A stretch of DNA of 64,000 bases. Origin: Nitrospinales bacterium. Lineage in GTDB: Bacteria > Nitrospinota > Nitrospinia > Nitrospinales > VA-1. The position numbers were made by a program, and so were the translations under genes. Location: positions 1,024,001 to 1,088,000 of the forward strand of contig OZ253496.1 in assembly GCA_965262115.1 (NCBI GenBank), in the 5' to 3' direction. Positions 20,423 through 30,302 of the stretch are shown here, one piece after another (position 1 is the stretch's first letter; each line of letters starts with the position of its first letter). The notes beneath the pieces are model-generated. The model did no database searches and had not been told where the DNA came from. It was given only the letters and a program-made list of their open reading frames with translations.

Positions 20423-21370
20423 TTACCATCGGGCGTGGCCCGTGATGCTTTTAGCCAACTCTTCGACAAACCGTTCCAGATATTCTGGAGAGGTCGCAGA
20501 CAAGTGCGGTTGAATGAGAACGTTGTCAGTCTCCCACAATGGCGAGGATTCGGGCAGAGGTTCCTCTTCAAACACATCGAGGTAGGCCCCGGCAATTTCC
20601 CCGGTTCTTAACGCCTCAACCAAATCACTCTCTCGACAGACATTCCCCCGTCCCACATTATAAAAATAGCAGGACTTCAGCAATGCCTTGAAATGTTCTG
20701 CCTGAAGGATTGCGTTTGTCTCATCTCCTCCAGGTAAAACGCAGATAAGGTGATCGGTTTGTGGAAAAACCTGTTGCCAGTTTTCAAAAGTGCGAATTCG
20801 ATCTGCAGTGGAAAAATAACGCGGAACAGGAAAAAGGTTTCTTTTGATTCCTGTAATAGTGCATCCAAAAGGTTTCAGTCTTTCAGCAATGACATTGCCG
20901 ATTCTTCCAAACCCTAAAATGGTAACCCGGCTTTTGTAGAGCGAGTTCAGTTTTTCAGAGATCTTAACCCGCGCCCATTTTTTCTGTTTCTGCATGGTTG
21001 CCGATAAAGAAAAGGCTTTCAAAAAATAAAGCATGGCTCCGACAACGCTTTCTGCGATCAGGCTTCCGTGGAACCCGCCGAAGGAAATTTCCACATTTTC
21101 AGGAGACTCAAATTGGATCCAGTCATTGCCCGCCGCAGGCGTGGCGATGAGCTTCAACTGAGGTGCCGATTCCAGCCACCGCTCCTTAAAAACCCAAACA
21201 ATCACCGCCTGAGCCTTAGGCAGGCGGTCTTTGAAGTCTTTAGAGTTCTGGCAGACTTCCACTTTCAATCCGGGAACCTGGCTCTCTAACAAAGCTTTAT
21301 GTTCCAGCTTAAAGTTCCAGGCCTCAACATGAGGATGGGTTAAATAAACCAGAATATTTTTGATAGACAT
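20423..21370 (-). CDS. D-2-hydroxyacid dehydrogenase family protein
   Basis: GFGRIG, YNVGRG, AYLDVFEEEPL and QPHLS motifs. Confidence 0.9.
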   Translation of the reverse strand: MSIKNILVYLTHPHVEAWNFKLEHKALLESQVPGLKVEVCQNSKDFKDRLPKAQAVIVWVFKERWLESAPQLKLIATPAAGNDWIQFESPENVEISFGGFHGSLIAESVVGAMLYFLKAFSLSATMQKQKKWARVKISEKLNSLYKSRVTILGFGRIGNVIAERLKPFGCTITGIKRNLFPVPRYFSTADRIRTFENWQQVFPQTDHLICVLPGGDETNAILQAEHFKALLKSCYFYNVGRGNVCRESDLVEALRTGEIAGAYLDVFEEEPLPESSPLWETDNVLIQPHLSATSPEYLERFVEELAKSITGHARW

Positions 21371-21604
21371 CGTTCTTCACCGCAAAAAATACAAGGTTTC
21401 CGTTTACAGCAAAAGCTAAATGATCCCACGATTTCAAGCCGACAGGGTTTTCTATCAGAGAGGAAATGACCTGGATAACCGATGCTTAGAGTGTGCACAT
21501 AAGTGAACACTTTTATCCAATATCATAACTGCCCGAAAACCAATAGATTTACTCGCAAATCAATAACTTTTTAAAAAATTTGGGCTTACTTGATTGGCTC
21601 CATT

Positions 21605-21620
21605 TTGGCCCGGTTTTTGC
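21605..21620 (+). promoter_or_regulatory. Sigma54 -24/-12 promoter
   Basis: TTGGCCCGGTTTTTGC (GG-N10-GC), about 50 nt upstream of the HU/IHF gene. Confidence 0.65.
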
Positions 21621-21672
21621 CCTATCTAGTTATAGCAATTAACAAATGTTTTCCAACTTCAGGAGGAGCATC

Positions 21673-22029
21673 ATGACACGAGCGCAATTGGTGAGCAAGT
21701 TGTCGTCGCGAATGGATGTGACCAAAAAAAGAAGCCGATCTTTATTTGACCGCGTTCTGGATTCAATCATGGAGACCCTGCACAAAGACGGTCGTGTGGT
21801 CGTCCAGGGATTTGAATCGTTCAAAGTCAACGAATACAAAGCCCGGATCGCGAAAAAACCACTGACCGGAGAACTTATTCAACTACCGGTACGTCGCAAA
21901 CCCGGTTTTCATGCAGGTAAAGAATTGCGCGAACGCGTGAACGCGGAAATGGTTCAGGTGCAGGAAGCCGAAGCGTTGATCCGCCGCCTTCAAACTCCAG
22001 AGAATGTGTTCAGCGTTTCAGCGGGGTAG
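21673..22029 (+). CDS. HU/IHF family DNA-binding protein with C-terminal extension
   Basis: MTRAQLV...GRVVVQGFESF...PLTGE...RRKPGFHAGKELRERVN, with an AGGAGG RBS. Confidence 0.88.
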   Translation: MTRAQLVSKLSSRMDVTKKRSRSLFDRVLDSIMETLHKDGRVVVQGFESFKVNEYKARIAKKPLTGELIQLPVRRKPGFHAGKELRERVNAEMVQVQEAEALIRRLQTPENVFSVSAG

Positions 22030-22143
22030 AACATACCCCCGCGCGCGAACCTTTCTAGCCGTTCGCGGGATTTGTGGTATGATTACGTCAGGACACGACT
22101 CCTGATTTCAGGATTAATGTTTCTTCATTCAAGGAGCCTCAGC

Positions 22144-22413
22144 ATGTCCAGGGACACCTGTAGCAAATGTGGTGAGAAAAACATCCTCAAGGGCGATATT
22201 AGCCTGAGAACCGGCAAGGATAAGGAGCTGATCATGGTGGTTCGGCAGGATCACGGGGTCGAGAAAAGTGTCCCCTTGCAACCCAGCATCTGCGCCCAAT
22301 GCGGTTTTGTCGATTTATATGTGCGCGATCCGATCCACTTGAAAATCAGCACCGAAGACAAACCGATCAACCCCGATTTTAAGCAACGCCCTCTTCTGGA
22401 ATCCGATTTTTAA
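22144..22413 (+). CDS. Small zinc-ribbon protein
   Basis: CSKCG and CAQCG pairs; AGGAG RBS. Confidence 0.75.
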   Translation: MSRDTCSKCGEKNILKGDISLRTGKDKELIMVVRQDHGVEKSVPLQPSICAQCGFVDLYVRDPIHLKISTEDKPINPDFKQRPLLESDF

Positions 22414-22571
22414 ATCCCTTCCTTAAATGTTTACCGGTTTGATTATTTTACCCTTCGCCAGTGTTAACTCTTGTGTGATACCCATTTATACGCCAAAATG
22501 TAAATGTAGTCTGGGAATGTGCCGGTTCGAATTTCTTTAATTGAGCAATCAGGTTTTATTTCGCTCTCCTT

Positions 22572-23249
22572 ATGGCCAGACCTTCTAAAGATGAAATTCA
22601 CTACCTGCTTCTAAAGCTCCATTCCCTGACTGGACTTGTTCCAATCGGTGCTTTTCTGGTTGTTCATTTATGCGTCAACTCCCTTCGTACTGTGGGACCG
22701 TGGCCCTACCAACTCAGCATTGACGCGATCAACAATCTGCCTTTCCTCCTGATCATCGAAATAACTTTTATATACATCCCTCTCCTGTTTCATTCAGTGA
22801 TGGGATTTTATGTAATGCACCATGCCAAGACCAATGTGCATCGATACCGATATCCCCGAAATGGCCTGTACACATTGCAACGCCTTTCTGGTGCTGTTGT
22901 TTTTGTTTTTCTGATTTACCACCTGGGAACCACGGTGGCCCCCAAGTTATGGGAGGGCAAACACCATTTTGAAGCGGCTCCCTTTTTGATCGACATTCTG
23001 AACGGTGAATTTCAAACCTGGCAGGGAATTCTGGTCTACACCATCGGCATTGTTTCGGCCACCTTTCACTTCAGCAACGGTCTCTGGGGGTTCTGTGTTT
23101 CATGGGGAATTTTGATTGGCGAAAACGCACAGAGAAACGGGGCAATCGTTTTCGCGACGATCGGCTTGGCGCTCACAGTTCTGGGTATGGCCACAGTGTT
23201 AGAATTTAATATGAACCCGGTTCCTGTTGAAGCTACGGTGGCGAGATAA
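22572..23249 (+). CDS. sdhC: Succinate dehydrogenase/fumarate reductase cytochrome b558 subunit
   Basis: KLHSLTGLVPIGAFL..H, LQRLSG and FHFSNGLW motifs (Bacillus-type, 5 TM). Confidence 0.92.
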   Translation: MARPSKDEIHYLLLKLHSLTGLVPIGAFLVVHLCVNSLRTVGPWPYQLSIDAINNLPFLLIIEITFIYIPLLFHSVMGFYVMHHAKTNVHRYRYPRNGLYTLQRLSGAVVFVFLIYHLGTTVAPKLWEGKHHFEAAPFLIDILNGEFQTWQGILVYTIGIVSATFHFSNGLWGFCVSWGILIGENAQRNGAIVFATIGLALTVLGMATVLEFNMNPVPVEATVAR

Positions 23250-23253
23250 GCGC

Positions 23254-25194
23254 ATGATGAATAGAAAGAAAAAAATTATTATTATCGGGGGCGGACTGGC
23301 CGGATTGGCTCTGGCTATGAAGTTTTGCGAACGCAAGGGGGAAGTGACCGTTGTGTCTTACCAGTCGCTAAAACGATCACATTCGGTTTGCGCACAAGGT
23401 GGCATCAATGCTGCCATCGACGCAAAGAACGAGGGCGATACTCCTGAAAAACATTTTTACGACACCATCAAGGGGGGCGACTTTCTAGCCCACCAACCCC
23501 TGGTGCGTGACATGTGCTATCAGGCTCCAGCCATCATCCACCTGATGGACCGAATGGGTGTGGCGTTTAACCGGACCGGTGAAGGGCATCTCGATTTTCG
23601 CAGGTTCGGCGGCACGCTTTATAACCGCACCGCTTTTGCCGGGGCCACCACCGGGCAACAACTTGTTTACGCACTCGATGAACAAGTCCGGCGCCATGTC
23701 CATGACGGCGCTGCCAAGACATTGGAATGGCATGAATATTTAGGAGCCGTTCTTGATTCCGAAGGAATTTGCCGAGGTGCGGTGATTCACGACCTGAGAA
23801 CCGATGAGATCTATACCTTGCAGGCGGATGCTGTGGTATTGGCCACCGGTGGGCCCGGGCAGGTTTATGCGCGGTCCACCAATTCGGTAGTCAACACCGG
23901 GGCCGCCGCCACAACCGCTTACCTGCAGGGGGCCAAGTATGCCAATGGCGAGTTCATCCAGATCCACCCCACCGCCATTCCCGGACAGGACAAGCTCCGG
24001 CTGATGAGCGAGTCAGCCAGAGGTGAAGGTGGGCGCATCTGGGTACCGCGCGATGCCAACGACAAGCGGGACCCGAAAAAAATCCCCGAAAGCGAACGCT
24101 ATTATTTTCTCGAAGAAAGATATCCCCTTTTCAAAAATCTCGTTCCCCGAGATGTCGCCAGCCGGGAAATTTATGACATCGTCTACAACCAGAACCTTGG
24201 AATAAGTGGCGACCCAATGGTCTATCTCGACCTGACCCATAAATCGAGAGAATTCCTGGATAACCGTCTCGGCGGAATTTTGGACATCTATACCAAGTTC
24301 ACCGGCGTGGATCCCCGCGAAACTCCCATGAAAATCTTTCCCGCAGTGCATTACTCCATGGGAGGATTGTGGACCGACTACGGCCCGGACAACGATGGGT
24401 TAATCGATCACGGGTCTCCTAAAAACCAGATGACATCCATTCAAGGGCTGTTTGCTGCGGGAGAAGCAGACTACCAATATCACGGCGCTAACCGGCTGGG
24501 TGCCAACTCGCTATTGAGCTGTATTTATACGGGACTGATGATGGCCCGGGGCATCATGAACTACACGGACTCTCTGGAAAAATCGGTGGACGATATCCCC
24601 TCCAAGGTCTTCGATGACACCCGCTCACACTGGCAAAACCGGTTTAACGATATCAAAAAAATGGATGGCGCGGAAAACCCTCATAAATTGCATCACGAGT
24701 TGGGGGATATCATGCTGGCAAATGTTCTCATCGTCCGGGATAATAAATCCTTGGAAAAAGCCGTTCACGCGATCAATGATATTGAAACACGGTTCCTGGA
24801 TGTGAAGTGTTTGGATACGCATGACTGGGCCAACCCGTCGCCCAGTTTCATCAACCAGTTATATTGCATGATCCATCTTTCAAAAATCATCACCAAAGGC
24901 GCTTTAATGAGAGACGAGTTTCGTGGGAGCCATTACAAACCGGATTTCGACATGAACCAGCCCAAAGACTTTGATCCTCATGAATACATCGATTATCTGG
25001 AACAAAAACAATATGGGGAAGTGAGCATCGAGAAATTTCCTGCCGACCATCTCGACTATATGAAGCGGTTCGCGGCGAACAACGAAAAATGGCTTAAAAC
25101 AACAGTGGCCCAATATAAAGACAATCAGCCGGAGATCACCTACGAAGAGGTCAACACCTCGCTGGTGACACCGCGGCCGAGAAAATATGATTGA
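23254..25194 (+). CDS. sdhA: Succinate dehydrogenase/fumarate reductase flavoprotein
   Basis: GGGLAG, RSHSVCAQGGINAA, QIHPT, HYSMGG and HGANRLGANSL motifs. Confidence 0.96.
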   Translation: MMNRKKKIIIIGGGLAGLALAMKFCERKGEVTVVSYQSLKRSHSVCAQGGINAAIDAKNEGDTPEKHFYDTIKGGDFLAHQPLVRDMCYQAPAIIHLMDRMGVAFNRTGEGHLDFRRFGGTLYNRTAFAGATTGQQLVYALDEQVRRHVHDGAAKTLEWHEYLGAVLDSEGICRGAVIHDLRTDEIYTLQADAVVLATGGPGQVYARSTNSVVNTGAAATTAYLQGAKYANGEFIQIHPTAIPGQDKLRLMSESARGEGGRIWVPRDANDKRDPKKIPESERYYFLEERYPLFKNLVPRDVASREIYDIVYNQNLGISGDPMVYLDLTHKSREFLDNRLGGILDIYTKFTGVDPRETPMKIFPAVHYSMGGLWTDYGPDNDGLIDHGSPKNQMTSIQGLFAAGEADYQYHGANRLGANSLLSCIYTGLMMARGIMNYTDSLEKSVDDIPSKVFDDTRSHWQNRFNDIKKMDGAENPHKLHHELGDIMLANVLIVRDNKSLEKAVHAINDIETRFLDVKCLDTHDWANPSPSFINQLYCMIHLSKIITKGALMRDEFRGSHYKPDFDMNQPKDFDPHEYIDYLEQKQYGEVSIEKFPADHLDYMKRFAANNEKWLKTTVAQYKDNQPEITYEEVNTSLVTPRPRKYD

Positions 25195-25203
25195 CAAATC
25201 ACT

Positions 25204-25953
25204 ATGACTGAAGAAAACATAACCCTAAAGATCAAGCGTCAGGACACACCCAGTTCCTCGGCCTACTGGCAGACCTTTGAGGTCCCCAACAAGCCATTTG
25301 CCAATATCATTTCCTGCCTGATGGAAGTCCAGATGTCACCCACAACAGTGGATGGAAAAACGGTGCATCCGGTTACGTGGGATAGCAATTGTCTGGAAGA
25401 GGTTTGCGGCTCCTGCACCATGGTGATCAATGGCCGGGTTCGACAAGCCTGCACCGCGTTGGTGGATAAACTGGAGAAGCCAATTACCCTGGAACCCATG
25501 TCCAAATTTCCGGTCGTGCGTGACCTTCAGGTCAACCGCCAACGTATGTTCGAAAACCTGAAGAAAGTCAAGGCCTGGATCGAAATTGACGGAAGCCATG
25601 ACATCGGGGAAGGACCGATCATGCCGGATCAGGATCGCGCCAAGCGTTATGTCATGTCAGAGTGCATGACTTGCGGATGTTGCCTGGAAGCGTGCCCTCA
25701 ATTCACTTTAGACAATACCTTTTTGGGAGCCTCCACCTTCAATCAAGTCCGCCTTTTTAACCTGCACCCCACAGGAGAAATGAGAAAAGAGGACAGGCTG
25801 AATGCCGTCATGGGGGAAGGAGGCATCGCCGATTGTGGCAACGCGCAGGTCTGCGTTGAGGTATGCCCTAAAAATATCCCGCTTACGGAGTCGATTGCCG
25901 ATATTGGCCGCCAAACAACCTGGCAAGCGATAAAAAACCTCTTCACAAAATAG
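25204..25953 (+). CDS. sdhB: Succinate dehydrogenase/fumarate reductase Fe-S subunit
   Basis: CLEEVCGSC, CMTCGCCLEACP and CGNAQVCVEVCP motifs. Confidence 0.96.
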   Translation: MTEENITLKIKRQDTPSSSAYWQTFEVPNKPFANIISCLMEVQMSPTTVDGKTVHPVTWDSNCLEEVCGSCTMVINGRVRQACTALVDKLEKPITLEPMSKFPVVRDLQVNRQRMFENLKKVKAWIEIDGSHDIGEGPIMPDQDRAKRYVMSECMTCGCCLEACPQFTLDNTFLGASTFNQVRLFNLHPTGEMRKEDRLNAVMGEGGIADCGNAQVCVEVCPKNIPLTESIADIGRQTTWQAIKNLFTK

Positions 25954-25963
25954 AGGTTTTTTT
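25932..25963 (+). terminator. Intrinsic terminator of sdhCAB
   Basis: AAAAAACCTCT...AGAGGTTTTTTT overlapping the sdhB stop. Confidence 0.6.
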
Positions 25964-26049
25964 ATTTAAAAGCCTGGTGCAGTTTGCTATGATTTAGGCT
26001 GTCGGTTTGCGAATAAATTTAAGAATACGTCCATAGAGGAATATATATA

Positions 26050-26937
26050 ATGAAAGTCTCCCTTGCCAGCGCAATGGGCACCTGTTTTGGAGTTCGAGAT
26101 GCTATCGACCTTGCCATGTCTCCGGAATTTCATTCCGACCTGACCATCGTGGGCCAATTGGTCCATAACCCGCAAGTCAGTGAATCTTTAAAGCAGAATG
26201 GGGTCTCCATTGTACCGGGAATCGAAGATATAGATAAAATCAAGACCAAGAAGGTCATGATCACCGCGCATGGAGCAGCTGAAAAAACCAAACAAAAACT
26301 TCACGAAGCCGGCTTCATTGTCTATGACGCAAGTTGTCCGCTGGTGATGAGGGTCCATCAAACCGTTAAATCACTGGTGACAAAAGGCTATTTCCCGGTT
26401 GTGATCGGGCAGAAGGACCATGTGGAAGTTAAAGGAATCGTGGGGGATTTGGATGATTATGTGGTCATCAATAGCGAAGAGGACTTTGACAAGATCAGGG
26501 CTTCCGGCAAACGCAAATTTGGAATCGTCTCCCAGACCACCCAGCAAACTGATAAAGTTGAGGGTCTTGTGGAAAAAATCAGGGCTCTCGAATTTGTGGA
26601 TGATGTGACATTTGTCAATACCATCTGCCAGCCTACCCAGGACCGACAGGTGGCGGTGCATGAACTGGCCGATCAAGTCGATTTGATGATCGTTATAGGT
26701 GGTTATAATTCTTCCAATACAAAAAAGCTGGTGCAGGTTTGCGAAGAGAAAGGTGTTGAGGCGCGCCATATCGAATCGTTCCTCCAATTGAATCAGGAAT
26801 GGTTCATTGGCAAACAACATGTGGGAATTACTGCGGGGACCAGCACCCCGGAAGATATCATCAATCAAGTACATTCCGAGATTTTAAAGATTGCCAAAAA
26901 GGTTGAAGGTCTGGAAGAAAAAGTGCTCCATTCCTGA
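26050..26937 (+). CDS. ispH: 4-hydroxy-3-methylbut-2-enyl diphosphate reductase
   Basis: GTCFGV, VHN, AHG, DASCPLV, NTIC, SSNT and GITAGTSTP motifs. Confidence 0.95.
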   Translation: MKVSLASAMGTCFGVRDAIDLAMSPEFHSDLTIVGQLVHNPQVSESLKQNGVSIVPGIEDIDKIKTKKVMITAHGAAEKTKQKLHEAGFIVYDASCPLVMRVHQTVKSLVTKGYFPVVIGQKDHVEVKGIVGDLDDYVVINSEEDFDKIRASGKRKFGIVSQTTQQTDKVEGLVEKIRALEFVDDVTFVNTICQPTQDRQVAVHELADQVDLMIVIGGYNSSNTKKLVQVCEEKGVEARHIESFLQLNQEWFIGKQHVGITAGTSTPEDIINQVHSEILKIAKKVEGLEEKVLHS

Positions 26938-27087
26938 TAGAAATCGACAAACCCTGCCGGAGACTTCTAGAGTTACGGTTTTTGAGATCACGTTTTTTCA
27001 AGCAACTCTCTTTTTCCTTTTATCCTGTAATCATTTTGAATCTTTTTTGCCCCGGGTTTACCCAGAGGGGGGTTTCTTTTTCCAAAA

Positions 27088-28191
27088 ATGGACGACTGGA
27101 CCTATTGCGTACAAATACTTCCCAAGGTTAGCAGAACCTTTGCGCTCAACATATCCGTTCTAAGGGGCGAGTTTCACCGAAGCATTCTCACCGCCTATCT
27201 TTTTTGCCGGACCGTGGACACGGTGGAAGACGCGGCAAAACTGGACCCGAAAATAAAAACCCGACTCTTGATGGAGTTTTCAAGGTTGATCGAAGACCGG
27301 GATTACCGCGAAAAGAATCTCGCGGCATGGGTTGAAGAATGCACGGCAGTCGATGGCACCCCCAATGACCTTGATCTTCTCCACCAGGTTCTCCGGGTGT
27401 TCAACGTCTTTGACTCGCTCCCCAAAAACCATCAGGACCAGATTATTCCTTCTGTTTCAAAAATGGCGAAAGGCATGGCCTTTTTCCAAAGCCGTTTTCA
27501 GTTCGGCGAAATCACTCCGCTGGAAAACATACAGGACCTTGAAGAATATTGTTATTTTGTCGCAGGGGTCGTGGGGGAAATGCTGTGCAACCTGTTTTTC
27601 CAAAAACTGCCGCATTTGTCAGAAACAGCACGAAACACCATGCGCCAAAATGCCGTATCGTTCGGGCTCGGACTGCAAATGACCAACATATCCAAAGATA
27701 TTATTGCCGACCGTGACAGAGGCTGGTCGTATATTCCCCGAAGTATTATTTCTGAAAAAGGTTTGACCATGGACGAATTTCATTCAGGAACCTCCATGGA
27801 TAAAAACCTGCAAATCCTGGAAGGTTTGCTTAGCAAAACCAATGGTCATTTGCACGATGCCTTGAAGTTCACCCTGGCCATCCCCAGAACCGAGATTACC
27901 CTGCGCCTGTTTTGTATCTGGCCTTTATGGATGGCCGTTAAAACCGTGGCCGTGTTGCACAACAATCCTGAACTGCTGAACTCAAACGCCCAAGTGAAAA
28001 TTTCGCGGAGCACGGTAAAGCGTATTTTATTCGGCACCCCTTTCATCGCGTGGTCCAATAATCTTCTGAAATATTCCTTTGCAAACATCATCAACGATAG
28101 CGCGTTTCAAAATCCTCCCGCCTTTGATCTGGAAGGACTGAAGTCGCGCTTGGAAAAGATTGCACTGGATACTGTTAACTCTATCACTTAA
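27088..28191 (+). CDS. Squalene/phytoene synthase family protein (squalene synthase-like)
   Basis: VSRTFAL, CRTVDTVED, YCYFVAGVVG and LQMTNISKD motifs. Confidence 0.88.
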   Translation: MDDWTYCVQILPKVSRTFALNISVLRGEFHRSILTAYLFCRTVDTVEDAAKLDPKIKTRLLMEFSRLIEDRDYREKNLAAWVEECTAVDGTPNDLDLLHQVLRVFNVFDSLPKNHQDQIIPSVSKMAKGMAFFQSRFQFGEITPLENIQDLEEYCYFVAGVVGEMLCNLFFQKLPHLSETARNTMRQNAVSFGLGLQMTNISKDIIADRDRGWSYIPRSIISEKGLTMDEFHSGTSMDKNLQILEGLLSKTNGHLHDALKFTLAIPRTEITLRLFCIWPLWMAVKTVAVLHNNPELLNSNAQVKISRSTVKRILFGTPFIAWSNNLLKYSFANIINDSAFQNPPAFDLEGLKSRLEKIALDTVNSIT

Positions 28192-28204
28192 AATTATAAA
28201 TATC

Positions 28205-28636
28205 ATGTCTGATCAAAACCGATTTAAATACAATCAGGATAGCACCATAACCGACACCCAAACCACTCTTATATGGATTCGAGAAGACGGATGGCAACAG
28301 GAAGGTAGATGGTTCACCTGGGATGAAGCTATGGATTGGGCCGTGGATATGGCTTGCAAAAACTTTGGCGGCCTTCAAGACTGGAGACTGCCTATCGAGG
28401 AAGAAATCCAGACCTTGTATAATTCCGAAGTAATAAACCAGGATAAGTATGGAAAGGATATTCATCTGGAAACCGTTTTTCCACCCGGAGGCCAGGCGAC
28501 CGTCTGGCTGAGAAGCGAATCGGGACACGAGGGAACTATATTCGATTTTAAAAATGGGGAATTCCGCTCCTTATATAAAAGCAAAACCGGTAGAATGTCT
28601 GTCCGGCTGGTGCAGGGCAAAATGCCTAGATCCTAA
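28205..28636 (+). CDS. DUF1566 (Lcl C-terminal) domain protein
   Basis: ITDTQTTLIW, TWDEA, DWRLP..EE and SVRLV motifs. Confidence 0.85.
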   Translation: MSDQNRFKYNQDSTITDTQTTLIWIREDGWQQEGRWFTWDEAMDWAVDMACKNFGGLQDWRLPIEEEIQTLYNSEVINQDKYGKDIHLETVFPPGGQATVWLRSESGHEGTIFDFKNGEFRSLYKSKTGRMSVRLVQGKMPRS

Positions 28637-28696
28637 CATTACAGGATGCGGATGAAACTTTTACCTGCTATTATCATCTAATCCTGAATCAATCTA

Positions 28697-29155
28697 ATGA
28701 GGGTTCTTTTGAACAAAAACAGCCTTATTTCCATCGCCGGTGGATTGTGGTGCGTCATTGGTCTGTTCCTTATTTTCCGCGGCTTTGGCTTGTACCAACT
28801 CGCGGGCCAGGAACAACACGCGACTCAAGTCGCTATCATCCTTTCTGTAATCACAGCCGTGGTGATCGGGTTGGTTAAAGGAAAGTTTATATTATGCAAA
28901 ACCGCCCGGAAAAATAAATCCCGGATTTATGGACTGGAGGACCCGGTCCACATCCATCAAATTTTCGCCAAACCGTTTTATATTTTGATCCCGATGATGA
29001 TGGGCCTTGGAGTTCTCTTGCGCTCCTATAATGAGTACCTGGGAGGATATGTGGTCGTCGCCACGATTTATTGCGGAATAGGAATAGCCTTGATCGTTTC
29101 CAGCCGCACCTATTGGGCAAAGGAGCCAGCTGCTCCCGTACCGGATAACTCCTGA
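28697..29155 (+). CDS. Hypothetical membrane protein
   Basis: 152 aa with about four hydrophobic segments. Confidence 0.75.
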   Translation: MRVLLNKNSLISIAGGLWCVIGLFLIFRGFGLYQLAGQEQHATQVAIILSVITAVVIGLVKGKFILCKTARKNKSRIYGLEDPVHIHQIFAKPFYILIPMMMGLGVLLRSYNEYLGGYVVVATIYCGIGIALIVSSRTYWAKEPAAPVPDNS

Positions 29156-29172
29156 CAAAAGGAATGTCTTAA

Positions 29173-29580
29173 ATGGAAAATTTTTTTCTTACACTGCACA
29201 TGATATCCATGTGCCTGGTTATTGGAACCTTGTTTTTGCAATCCCTTTCCGTTGTCTTCCGCTTGCGCTTGAAATCCGCAGAAGAAGCAGAAGGTCTCAG
29301 AAAAACCCAGAACCGGATCCACAAATTCATCTACTATCCCATTTTGGCTGTGACTCTCATTTCCGGAACGGTGCTTGCCGTAAAGACCGGGGTTTTTGCC
29401 GAATCTCAATGGATTTACTGGAAATTGGGGCTGCTGGTAGTTCTGATCGCGCTCGGTGTGCAAAACGGCAAACAGATAAAAGAAGATTCTTTACCCAAAA
29501 AATACGCGATGATGGTACATATCGCTATTTTTATTGTCGGCGCTTGCATGATCTACCTCGCCACCATCAAACCCGTTTAA
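29173..29580 (+). CDS. Hypothetical 4-TM membrane protein
   Basis: 135 aa with hydrophobic helices and a WIYWKL motif; AAGGA RBS. Confidence 0.75.
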   Translation: MENFFLTLHMISMCLVIGTLFLQSLSVVFRLRLKSAEEAEGLRKTQNRIHKFIYYPILAVTLISGTVLAVKTGVFAESQWIYWKLGLLVVLIALGVQNGKQIKEDSLPKKYAMMVHIAIFIVGACMIYLATIKPV

Positions 29581-29587
29581 TACTGCC

Positions 29588-29716
29588 ATGGACATCCTGC
29601 TCACACTGGTTGCCAGCGTCCTTCTTATCATAGGCTTCTTTGTCATTTGCCAGGCCAGCGACGATGAAGATGATGAGGAGGAGCCGAATAATGAAGCGGA
29701 TCACTCCGAGCCTTGA
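29588..29716 (+). CDS. Putative 42-aa membrane-anchored acidic peptide
   Basis: MDILLTLVASVLLIIGFFVICQASDDEDDEEEPNNEADHSEP*; below the ORF-track cutoff and fills the operon gap. Confidence 0.55.
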   Translation: MDILLTLVASVLLIIGFFVICQASDDEDDEEEPNNEADHSEP

Positions 29717-30302
29717 AAAAACCAAGCCGTTTCACCGATTGGAAAAAAAAGCGGCCTCCTGCCGTTTATGTCCTTGCCTCGCAGATCAACCCGCTGTCTT
29801 GAGTTCCGCCAACGGTTCGTTGAACGCCAAAATCGTTTTTGTCGCGGAAGCACCCGGCAGGTTTGGCGCCGGGCGCACAGGCGTTCCGTTTCAGGGCGAC
29901 CGGTCCGGAGATAATTTTGAAATCCTGCTGAAACATATTGGGCTGACCCGGTCCGAGGTCTTTATCACCAACGCTGTTTTGTGCAATCCACTTGCAGATG
30001 GTAATAACCGCAGGCCTAATGCGAAAGAGATTAAAAACTGCTCAGCGTTTTTAAAAGAAACTCTTAGCATCATCCGTCCCAGAGTGGTGGTCACTCTTGG
30101 CACCGTTGCTCTTAACGCCCTCAACCTGATTCTCGGCACACGGTTCCAATTGAACCAGAAGGTTGCCCAACCGCTTGACACTGCAAATTTCATGTTACTC
30201 CCGATCTACCACCCCAGTCCACGTGTCACCAACTGGAGACGCCCCCTGGCGCAACAGAAAAAAGATTTCAAAAAAATACCGGCGAGCCGCCGGAGGCAAT
30301 GA
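29691..30302 (+). CDS. Uracil-DNA glycosylase, family 4/5 type
   Basis: CRLCP, FVAEAPG, ITNAVLCNP, NRRP..EI..C and YHPSP motifs. Confidence 0.9.
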   Translation: MKRITPSLEKTKPFHRLEKKAASCRLCPCLADQPAVLSSANGSLNAKIVFVAEAPGRFGAGRTGVPFQGDRSGDNFEILLKHIGLTRSEVFITNAVLCNPLADGNNRRPNAKEIKNCSAFLKETLSIIRPRVVVTLGTVALNALNLILGTRFQLNQKVAQPLDTANFMLLPIYHPSPRVTNWRRPLAQQKKDFKKIPASRRRQ

